A DNA stretch of 64,000 nt from the IMG/VR virus record IMGVR_UViG_3300037507_001084. The stretch is one strand, 5' to 3'. Position numbers and translations under genes: made by a program. Positions 48,371 through 54,854 of the stretch are shown here, piece after piece (within the stretch, counting starts at the first letter, position 1; each line of letters begins with the position of its first letter). The stretch comes from an uncultured virus (IMG/VR IMGVR_UViG_3300037507_001084). Taxonomy: Duplodnaviria > Heunggongvirae > Uroviricota > Caudoviricetes. The notes below the pieces were generated by a model, which saw only the letters and a program-made list of their open reading frames with translations, did no database searches and was not told where the DNA came from.

Positions 48371-49249
48371 ATGATGATTCGTTCATTTATTGCTGCTGGT
48401 GTTGCTGCTGCTTCTATTGCTGCTCCTGCCATGGCACAAGTTACCAGTGTGACTCAACTGAAAGATGTCCAACCTACTGACTGGTCTTATCAAGCTATCT
48501 CTAACCTGATCTCTCGTTACGGTTGTGTCGCTGGTTATCCTAACGGCACTTTCAAGCCTGGTGAACCTGCTTCTCGTGCTGAGCTCGCCGCTCTCACTAA
48601 CGCTTGCCTTGACCGTATCAGCGAGTATCAGAGCGCCGCTGACGCTGCTCTGGCTGCTGCTCTACGCGCTCAGTTTGCTAAGGAGATTGCTGCTACCAAC
48701 ACCCGCGTGAGCGCCCTTGAGGTCGCTGCTGCTCGCAAGGCACAGGGCGTTGGCAACTACGTTGGTCTCGGTGTGCTGCTGAATCAGCAAGGCGTTGCTG
48801 GTGCTGGTCAGACCGCTCAGAAGACTGTGGGTGGTGCTACCCTCCAGGCTCGCTATGCTGTGAAAAACTTCAGCAACCAGAATGCTGTGTCTATTCGTCC
48901 TTATCTGAATGCCGTTGCTGGTCCCTCTGGCAACATTGGCACTGCTGGTGGTGCTCTCGTCTCTTATGACTGGTCTATCGCTCGCAAGGCAGGTGTAAGC
49001 GCCGCTAACATCTATGCTGCTGCTGGTTATCAAGTGCCTTTTGTTAACAACTCTGATGCTAACTTCCAATCGGCAGTTGGTAATCGTGGACAAGCTGTGC
49101 TTGCTATTGGTCTTGAAGGTCGTATCACCAACTCCCTCGTTGGTTTTGCTGATCTGAAATTCCCTACCACCAACGCTGCTAACAGCTACGGTGCTACCAA
49201 CGGCACCTACTCGCCTGTGTTTACCACGGGTCTCGGCATCAAATTCTGA
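48371..49249 (+). CDS. SLH-domain outer-membrane protein (cyanobacterial porin-type N-terminus)
   Basis: Signal peptide; QLKDVQPTDWSYQA...YGCVAGYPNGTF...RAELAA; terminal Phe. Confidence 0.82.
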   Translation: MMIRSFIAAGVAAASIAAPAMAQVTSVTQLKDVQPTDWSYQAISNLISRYGCVAGYPNGTFKPGEPASRAELAALTNACLDRISEYQSAADAALAAALRAQFAKEIAATNTRVSALEVAAARKAQGVGNYVGLGVLLNQQGVAGAGQTAQKTVGGATLQARYAVKNFSNQNAVSIRPYLNAVAGPSGNIGTAGGALVSYDWSIARKAGVSAANIYAAAGYQVPFVNNSDANFQSAVGNRGQAVLAIGLEGRITNSLVGFADLKFPTTNAANSYGATNGTYSPVFTTGLGIKF

Positions 49250-49308
49250 TGACCGTGGGGGGTTGACAGACCCCCCAGACCTCCTATATAATATGGAGGT
49301 CAACAAAT

Positions 49309-49393
49309 GGAAGTGTGTCCGAGTGGTTGAAGGAACTTGTCTTGAAAACAAGCATGGTGAAAGCCATCGTGGGTTCGAATCCTACCACTTCCG
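49309..49393 (+). tRNA. tRNA-Ser(UGA)
   Basis: CTTGT-CT TGA AA-ACAAG; long variable arm. Confidence 0.92.
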
Positions 49394-49489
49394 TTGCTAC
49401 TTGCGCTGGAGCTGATAATCCAGAATGCCGTAGCAAGATAGAGGGTAAGCCTCTGTTATATCCTTGAGGTATATTACGCTTACTCCATC
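49394..49489 (+). repeat. 96-nt structured repeat, copy 1 (candidate ncRNA)
   Basis: 93/96 identical to 52998-53093. Confidence 0.9.
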
Positions 49490-49491
49490 AA

Positions 49492-49565
49492 CGGTGTGTA
49501 GCGCAGCTTGGTAGCGCAACTGCTTTGGGAGCAGAAGGTCGCAGGTTCAAATCCTGCCACGCCGA
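49492..49565 (+). tRNA. tRNA-Pro(UGG)
   Basis: CTGC-TT TGG GA-GCAG; acceptor CGGTGTG/CACGCCG. Confidence 0.9.
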
Positions 49566-49586
49566 TTCTTCTTTTAGGAGACATTA

Positions 49587-49859
49587 ATGATTTCGCAACT
49601 GGTTATTTACACAAGAGATAACTGTGAATATTGTCGTAAGCTCAAGGTCATCCTTGATAGTTTTACTGTCAAATACACGCAGTATAAACTGGATGTTGAC
49701 TTCAATAGGGAAGCATTCTATAATAAGTTTGGTGAAGGTGCTACTTTTCCTCGTGTGACTCTTGATGGTCATCTGATGGGAGGATGTAATGAAACCATCG
49801 AATATTTAACTAGTATCGGTTGCCTACAAGAAGAAAAAGACATGGAGTGTATGGTATGA
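49587..49859 (+). CDS. glutaredoxin
   Basis: CEYC, TFPRV, GGC; AGGAG SD. Confidence 0.9.
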   Translation: MISQLVIYTRDNCEYCRKLKVILDSFTVKYTQYKLDVDFNREAFYNKFGEGATFPRVTLDGHLMGGCNETIEYLTSIGCLQEEKDMECMV

Positions 49860-50029
49860 AAACGATTACAGAAGAAACTTTTTGCCACGACTTTGATGAG
49901 ATTATGGATGCTGTGATGCTCAATAAAGAAAGTTTTATTATTACGACTGCTAATGGTTCTGATGTTATGCTTCTTCCATATTCATACTATGAGCGAATAC
50001 AAGGGGAATTAACTCAGTTGGTAGAGTAG
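49856..50029 (+). CDS. Phd/YefM-like small protein
   Basis: MKTITEETFCHDFDEIMDAV...FIITT...VMLLPYSYYER pattern. Confidence 0.5.
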   Translation: MKTITEETFCHDFDEIMDAVMLNKESFIITTANGSDVMLLPYSYYERIQGELTQLVE

Positions 50030-50075
50030 CGCCTTTGCAAGGCGAATGTCAGCGGTTCGAGTCCGCTATTCTCCA
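50003..50075 (+). tRNA. tRNA-Ala(UGC)
   Basis: CGCC-TT TGC AA-GGCG; G3:U70 acceptor. Confidence 0.9.
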
Positions 50076-50082
50076 TATTTAC

Positions 50083-50175
50083 GGGGGTGTAGCTCAATTG
50101 GCAGAGCGGAAAGCTTATACCTTTCGTATACGGCAGATTACCGTGCGGTTGGGGGTTCGAGTCCCTCCGCCCCTA
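50083..50175 (+). tRNA. tRNA-Ile(UAU) with a long variable arm
   Basis: GAAAG-CT TAT AC-CTTTC; ~25-nt variable region with a stem. Confidence 0.75.
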
Positions 50176-50199
50176 TATAAACAAACACATGAGGTTATT

Positions 50200-50403
50200 A
50201 TGGGTTACGAAACACTTACTGAATTTGAGCGAGCCCTTGCTAGATTCGGTGACAAAGTAGAACTTATCGTTGGTTTAGAAGTTGGTGGTAAAATGAATGC
50301 TGATGAAGCATACAAAGAGATTAAAGACATGATGAAGGAACTAAAAAAACTTCGCAAGCAGCATATCAAATCTGGTAAAGACCTCGACAATTTTGAACTA
50401 TGA
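50200..50403 (+). CDS. hypothetical protein
   Basis: GAGG SD; FGDKVELIVGLEVGGKM. Confidence 0.7.
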   Translation: MGYETLTEFERALARFGDKVELIVGLEVGGKMNADEAYKEIKDMMKELKKLRKQHIKSGKDLDNFEL

Positions 50404-50987
50404 TTTCACAAGGATTAGTTGAAACTGAACACGAAGACCCTGGATTTGAGATTACTCATCTATCATTCAGGAGACGGGAATCTTCTCACCTCTATGGTGG
50501 TCCCGTACATTACTACATTGGCAATATTGTATTCCGTTTGACTAACGAGGATGCCAAAGGTCGCATGGAATATATCATGGCAAAGAATGAGCGAGTTCGT
50601 GTAGCACCAGATGAAGAGTTACATGAAAAGTATTATGATGGTCTTCATTTCAAGTTTGATACAGAAGAAAGGGAAGAAGATGCTGTGAAAGATGAAGATG
50701 GACAAAAGTTTTATCCATTAGAAATCATCAACAAACATGGCATCAAAGATGAAGATGTATTCATTTGGGGATACCGTCGTAACATGGATCCACTTCACGA
50801 TTTCATTCAATACAATGAGAAGTTTGATTGTTACCGAATGCACGAATACTTCCAAGACACCCCAGTAGTTCGTGGTATAATCCAGTATCTACAAGACATG
50901 AAAGATGGTAAACCCAATCCGAGTCGTACAGTCTATCACGAACAGTTCCTCGCAACGCTCACAAATCTCTGTTGGTGGTGGGACTAG
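50400..50987 (+). CDS. hypothetical protein
   Basis: ATGA coupling; WWWD C-terminus. Confidence 0.7.
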   Translation: MISQGLVETEHEDPGFEITHLSFRRRESSHLYGGPVHYYIGNIVFRLTNEDAKGRMEYIMAKNERVRVAPDEELHEKYYDGLHFKFDTEEREEDAVKDEDGQKFYPLEIINKHGIKDEDVFIWGYRRNMDPLHDFIQYNEKFDCYRMHEYFQDTPVVRGIIQYLQDMKDGKPNPSRTVYHEQFLATLTNLCWWWD

Positions 50988-51079
50988 AATCTGTTCCAAG
51001 TGCCACACCGAGCAACCCCTTGACAAGGACCACTACCAAGTGGTAAAATACTTTCGCACAGGATTCTCCTACTACTGTA

Positions 51080-51349
51080 ATGAGTGTAACAAACCCAAAC
51101 CGCGTGAAGACCATTCTTGATCGTTTCCCTTATCGCTACGTTCAAGCAGGCATCCTGGAGATTAACGGCAAACCAGATTATCGAATTCAGAAGATGTGTT
51201 CGTTTACTGGTCGTTACCGTGACATGTATCTCTGTGATAACGAAATGCAGTTTATGACAGCGATTGAGGATTTTGAGTATACTAAGTGGCTTGACCCAGA
51301 TACAGTTCCATGCTATATTAAAGGAGATGACGATGATGAAGATGAATGA
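51080..51349 (+). CDS. conserved cyanophage hypothetical protein
   Basis: RFPYRYV...NGKPDYRIQK...YLCDN...KWLDP. Confidence 0.7.
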   Translation: MSVTNPNRVKTILDRFPYRYVQAGILEINGKPDYRIQKMCSFTGRYRDMYLCDNEMQFMTAIEDFEYTKWLDPDTVPCYIKGDDDDEDE

Positions 51350-51707
51350 CTCAGTAAAGTATCAACTTGAGCGAGCAGAAGATGCTCTACGCACAGCACT
51401 TAAGTTTGCTGATAAAGAAAGTGTTTATGTAATCTCTGCGATTTCTAAAGCATTGATTGAAATTGACAATACGATGTTTGCTGAGCGCATTGAAGCAGCT
51501 GCTAAAGAAAGGGGCGGTTCCGCAGTGGAAGGTTTGATTTCTATTGACAAAACCAAAAGAGAAGATGGCAAAGTACAATATGATTTTAAGTATGCCAGCA
51601 CTCCTGTAAAGTTTAATGAGCATATGAATGTATTTGCTCCTTATACATATTATACAGAGTCACGGACGGACTATAACAGTACTGGTGGAGTCAATGTTAC
51701 CCTTTGA
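51333..51707 (+). CDS. hypothetical protein (start approximate)
   Basis: AAGGAG SD at 51321. Confidence 0.55.
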   Translation: MMKMNDSVKYQLERAEDALRTALKFADKESVYVISAISKALIEIDNTMFAERIEAAAKERGGSAVEGLISIDKTKREDGKVQYDFKYASTPVKFNEHMNVFAPYTYYTESRTDYNSTGGVNVTL

Positions 51708-51717
51708 ATGCTTAGGT

Positions 51718-51912
51718 ATGAATCCTGTTAAGATGAGAATTGTTGAAAAACTTGACAACGATGATGAAGTTATTACTTACTTCGATGTTTTGGAAGTGGA
51801 AGACAAATATTATTATGTCTATAATGAAGTAAACCACGGACCTTTCGACGATTTTGAAAAAGCAGTAGAAGCTGCATACGAGGATTTGATTCCTCAACCT
51901 GTCTCGGAATGA
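51718..51912 (+). CDS. hypothetical protein (start approximate)
   Basis: HGPFDDFEKAVEAA. Confidence 0.5.
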   Translation: MNPVKMRIVEKLDNDDEVITYFDVLEVEDKYYYVYNEVNHGPFDDFEKAVEAAYEDLIPQPVSE

Positions 51913-52044
51913 CACTAAACTTGCCCTGGTCGGGTGAAGTCCCCCTTCATGAGTTTCCAGTTTCTCTCAAAAACTGGTGGTGCGGATGGGGTTACTCCCG
52001 CCCAGTTTCCTGCCTCTGGTCAAAGGGCAGGTGGCGAGCCGAGC
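51901..52044 (+). ncRNA. manA-like structured RNA (tandem pseudoknot units)
   Basis: GAG/CTC with loop CCAGTT:AACTGG; CCAG/CTGG with loop CCTGCCT:GGGCAGG; next to tRNAs; family name is from recall. Confidence 0.6.
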
Positions 52045-52095
52045 AACGGGGGGATTGACAACCCCCACTTCCCTCATATATAATATGGGGGTCAA

Positions 52096-52172
52096 CGCGG
52101 GATGGAACAGTCTGGTAGTTCAGCGGTCTCATAAGCCGCAGGTCGTGGGTTCAAATCCCACTCCCGCCCCCA
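52096..52172 (+). tRNA. tRNA-Met(CAU), initiator-like, with encoded CCA
   Basis: CGCGGGA start with unpaired 1:72; CT CAT AA loop. Confidence 0.85.
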
Positions 52173-52173
52173 C

Positions 52174-52254
52174 GTCGCTGTGGCGGAATTGGTAGACGCG
52201 CTGGGTTTAGGTTCCAGTGTTTTTAACGTGAAGGTTCAAGTCCTTTCAGCGACA
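52174..52254 (+). tRNA. tRNA-Leu(UAG)
   Basis: CTGGG-TT TAG GT-TCCAG. Confidence 0.9.
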
Positions 52255-52493
52255 TTGGTAGTCGTTAGGCAGATAGCCTAGAAAGACGCCAACTATCTGG
52301 CCAGGTAGTATTAAGTTAGCCTAGTCCGAGATTGGCACGGTCGTTATGATATGCTCAAACAGATTGCCTTTCGCAATCAAGCCTCTATCACGCAATCAAA
52401 GGCATGAAAAACTGGAGATTGCAACCCAATATGTTGGGTTTGCTCAAAACTACATGGTATCGTAGCAGATACATAGTGTAGCAGAGAGCATCT

Positions 52494-52565
52494 GCGGGGT
52501 TAGTTCAGCGGTAGAACGCTATCCTTCCAAGTTAGATGTCGTCGGTTCGATTCCGATACCCCGCT
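52494..52565 (+). tRNA. tRNA-Gly(UCC)
   Basis: CT TCC AA loop; GCGGGGT/ACCCCGC. Confidence 0.9.
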
Positions 52566-52587
52566 CTTATCCTTGAGGATAAATAAC

Positions 52588-52758
52588 ATGTCACTTATTT
52601 CACAAAGAGACAGAGAAGTTGCCATAGCAGCTCTTGAAAAATATGTTGCCGACGCAGAGAATACTGAGTATTATCTGGGCACACCAAATCATTCGTCATT
52701 TGAAATCAATGCCCTTCTCAACTGGATTAGACTTGAATATTTCAAACATGAAAATTAA
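52588..52758 (+). CDS. hypothetical protein
   Basis: MSLISQRDR...ALLNWIRLE. Confidence 0.6.
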   Translation: MSLISQRDREVAIAALEKYVADAENTEYYLGTPNHSSFEINALLNWIRLEYFKHEN

Positions 52759-52918
52759 TCTATGGTATTGTGCTATTGTAAAGCAATGGCGCTGGTCTCT
52801 TACCGATAACCATCGCCCAATGGTTAGACAAGAAAGTGGTCAACAACCACATCTACGTGATGCTATGAATGACATAGCAAATACTGTAGAATACATGATG
52901 GATTGTAAGCAATCCTGA
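52748..52918 (+). CDS. hypothetical protein
   Basis: MKINLWYC...QWRWSL...ESGQQ..LRDAM.DIA.TVE. Confidence 0.65.
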   Translation: MKINLWYCAIVKQWRWSLTDNHRPMVRQESGQQPHLRDAMNDIANTVEYMMDCKQS

Positions 52919-52924
52919 TTTCAT

Positions 52925-52997
52925 TCCCTTATAGCTCAATTGGCAGAGCACGGAGCTGTTAACTCTGGGGTTCCTGGTTCGAGTCCAGGTGGGGGAG
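52925..52997 (+). tRNA. tRNA-Asn(GUU)
   Basis: CGGAG-CT GTT AA-CTCTG. Confidence 0.9.
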
Positions 52998-53093
52998 TTG
53001 CTACTTGCGCTGGAGCTGATAATCCAGAATGCCGTAGCGAGATAGAGGGTAAGCCTCTGTTACATCCTTGAGGTGTATTACGCTTACTCCATC
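52998..53093 (+). repeat. 96-nt structured repeat, copy 2 (candidate ncRNA)
   Basis: Near-identical to 49394-49489. Confidence 0.9.
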
Positions 53094-53347
53094 TAAACTC
53101 TTATAAATAAACACTAAAGGTCGAACATCATGACTAACTTCAGCAAGCAAATTGAGATTTTTATGGAAAGCGATTGCCGTTATTGGCATATTGCTCAGGC
53201 CCCCGTGCTTGCTCATAAGTGGAAACGATGACCGACATCTGACACATAAGCAAGATTTATCAGGGGGGCAGTTGACAAAACCGCCCCCCTATTTTATTGT
53301 AGATACATCGGTGGGAGACCCACCAGCACCTTGACAATTTAACTCTT

Positions 53348-53419
53348 GGGTCTGTAACTCAACGGTAGAGTAACTGGCTTTTAACCAGCAAGTTGTGGGT
53401 TCGAATCCCGCCAGACCCA
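53348..53419 (+). tRNA. tRNA-Lys(UUU)
   Basis: CTGG-CT TTT AA-CCAG. Confidence 0.9.
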
Positions 53420-53422
53420 TAT

Positions 53423-53513
53423 GAGAGAGTGGCTACTGTTGGCAATACGTGTGGCTGCGGTCTGTAAAACCGTTACATAAGAACCATCGGGGGTTCAATT
53501 CCCTCCTCTCTCA
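53423..53513 (+). tRNA. tRNA-Tyr(GUA) with an enlarged D-arm
   Basis: GCGGT-CT GTA AA-ACCGT; GAGAGAG/CTCTCTC. Confidence 0.8.
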
Positions 53514-53517
53514 CCTT

Positions 53518-53591
53518 GACCCATTAGTCTAGCGGTCTATGACGCCACCCTGTCACGGTGGAGATCACGGGTTCGAATCCCGTATGGGTCG
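53518..53591 (+). tRNA. tRNA-Asp(GUC)
   Basis: CCACC-CT GTC AC-GGTGG. Confidence 0.92.
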
Positions 53592-53769
53592 TTGAGAGTC
53601 AGTATTCTAACTCTCACGCATTTCTTAGAGTTTGCCAGTGTGTAGAGAAATGTTGTAGCAACAACTGGAATTGGGGAGGGATTTCTAACCACCATCGGAT
53701 GATGGCAGGATTCATAAGGCTACGAAGCGTAATCCGTAAGCAACTTCGTGTGGGATACCCCTCCCATCT

Positions 53770-53843
53770 GGTCCCATCGTCTAGTCGGCCTAGGACAACA
53801 CTCTTTCACAGTGTAGACACGGGTTCGAATCCCGTTGGGACTA
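53770..53843 (+). tRNA. tRNA-Glu(UUC)
   Basis: ACACT-CT TTC AC-AGTGT. Confidence 0.92.
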
Positions 53844-53846
53844 TCT

Positions 53847-53919
53847 CGGGGAGTAGCTCAGTTGGTAGAGCACATGTCTGAAGAACATGGTGTCGGTGGT
53901 TCAACTCCACCCTCTTCGA
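53847..53919 (+). tRNA. tRNA-Phe(GAA)
   Basis: CATGT-CT GAA GA-ACATG. Confidence 0.88.
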
Positions 53920-53923
53920 CCTT

Positions 53924-53995
53924 GGAACCGTAGCTCAGTGGTAGAGCACTCGGCTGATAACCGAGCGGTCACAAGTTCAAATCTTGTCGGTTCCA
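53924..53995 (+). tRNA. tRNA-Ile(GAU)
   Basis: CTCGG-CT GAT AA-CCGAG. Confidence 0.92.
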
Positions 53996-53998
53996 CTT

Positions 53999-54088
53999 GG
54001 GAGAGCACCTTGGATGGTGGGTACGACGGTATCAGAGACGGTTCGATTCCGTTCATTGGCAATGGTGGTTCGATTCCACCCTCTCCCA
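53999..54088 (+). ncRNA. tRNA-like RNA with two T-arms and no recognisable anticodon arm
   Basis: Acceptor GGGAGAG/CTCTCCC+A; GACGG-TTCGATT-CCGTT and GGTGG-TTCGATT-CCACC. Confidence 0.65.
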
Positions 54089-54092
54089 ACTT

Positions 54093-54166
54093 GGCAGTAT
54101 AGCTCAGTCTGGCAGAGCACGGGTCTCATATTCCTATGGTCGGTAGTTCAAATCTACCTACTGCCT
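54093..54166 (+). tRNA. tRNA(CAU), Met or Ile2, with a weak anticodon stem
   Basis: GGCAGTA/TACTGCC; CT CAT AT loop. Confidence 0.7.
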
Positions 54167-54167
54167 T

Positions 54168-54238
54168 GTGTCGTTAGTCTAATGGTAAGACAGGAGATTG
54201 TGGTTCTCTACATGAGGGTTCGATTCCCTCACGACACC
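54168..54238 (+). tRNA. tRNA-His(GUG)
   Basis: GGAGA-TT GTG GT-TCTCT; C73. Confidence 0.88.
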
Positions 54239-54240
54239 CC

Positions 54241-54312
54241 GCCCCTATAGCTCAGTGGTAGAGCAACTCACTAGTAATGAGTAGGTCGTTGGTTCAAATC
54301 CGACTGAGGGCT
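54241..54312 (+). tRNA. tRNA-Thr(AGU)
   Basis: ACTCA-CT AGT AA-TGAGT. Confidence 0.85.
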
Positions 54313-54384
54313 TCTGAGGTCGCCAAGCGGTAAGGCAGCGGGTTTTGGTCCCGCCATTCGTGGGTTCGAATCCTACCCTCAGAA
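54313..54384 (+). tRNA. tRNA-Gln(UUG)
   Basis: GCGGG-TT TTG GT-CCCGC. Confidence 0.9.
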
Positions 54385-54387
54385 TGT

Positions 54388-54459
54388 GTTGGGTTGGTGT
54401 AATTGGTAACATCTTGGTCTCCAAAACCAAAGTTCAGAGTTCAAGTCTCTGGCCCTTCG
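54388..54459 (+). tRNA. tRNA-Trp(CCA)
   Basis: TTGGT-CT CCA AA-ACCAA; two U-U mismatches in the acceptor stem. Confidence 0.8.
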
Positions 54460-54462
54460 CCT

Positions 54463-54537
54463 ACTCTCTTAGCTCAGTGGATATAGAGCACTTGACTACG
54501 GATCAAGGTGTCGTAGGTTCGAATCCTACAGAGAGTG
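54463..54537 (+). tRNA. tRNA-Arg(ACG)
   Basis: CTTGA-CT ACG GA-TCAAG. Confidence 0.9.
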
Positions 54538-54541
54538 TTTG

Positions 54542-54555
54542 GTATTGAATGTTAC
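54542..54555. promoter_or_regulatory. NtcA box
   Basis: GTA-TTGAATGT-TAC (GTA-N8-TAC) about 25 nt upstream of the riboswitch. Confidence 0.55.
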
Positions 54556-54578
54556 AATCTCAATATCATATATAAAAT

Positions 54579-54660
54579 ACGTTCATCCCTATGGGACGGA
54601 AGTAAGTCGCGGAACGGAACGTTCATTCGCTATAGCGAACGCAAACGACCGAAGGAACGC
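54579..54660 (+). ncRNA. glutamine riboswitch (glnA motif) with an insertion in P3
   Basis: CGTTCA-hairpin-CGGAAGTA...GAAGGAACGC upstream of a DUF4278 ORF. Confidence 0.8.
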
Positions 54661-54692
54661 TCTTTAACCTAAACCATTAAGGAGAAAACCTA

Positions 54693-54854
54693 ATGTCACA
54701 AGCAACTTATCGTGGTTGTCAGTATAATACTGATACCGCCAAGCAAGAATATCAACGCTGGTATTTGCAAACTCACGCACCAGCTCACCCAACCAATAAA
54801 TATCGTGGTGTTGAGTATCGCCCTTGTAATAATAACAAGGAGGTAACACAATGA
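54693..54854 (+). CDS. DUF4278-family small protein (53 aa; not in the ORF track)
   Basis: AAGGAG SD; ATYRGCQY...KYRGVEY. Confidence 0.8.
   Translation: MSQATYRGCQYNTDTAKQEYQRWYLQTHAPAHPTNKYRGVEYRPCNNNKEVTQ

Noticed and set aside
49394..49489. The repeat as a CRISPR array, theta/HDV ribozyme or hammerhead
   Set aside because: There are only two distant copies and no spacers; the HDV L3/J4-2 and hammerhead CUGAUGA/GAAA cores are not in the required arrangement.
50905..51120. CxxC...CxxC ORF
   Set aside because: It overlaps both neighbours and a TTGACA-18-TAAAAT promoter and has no convincing start; left uncalled.
46580..54537. Stop-codon reassignment or suppressor tRNAs
   Set aside because: No CUA, UUA or UCA anticodons were found, and core genes end normally at TAA, TGA and TAG.
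53558..54548. ORF-track ORFs across the tRNA cluster
   Set aside because: They overlap well-formed tRNAs and are spurious.
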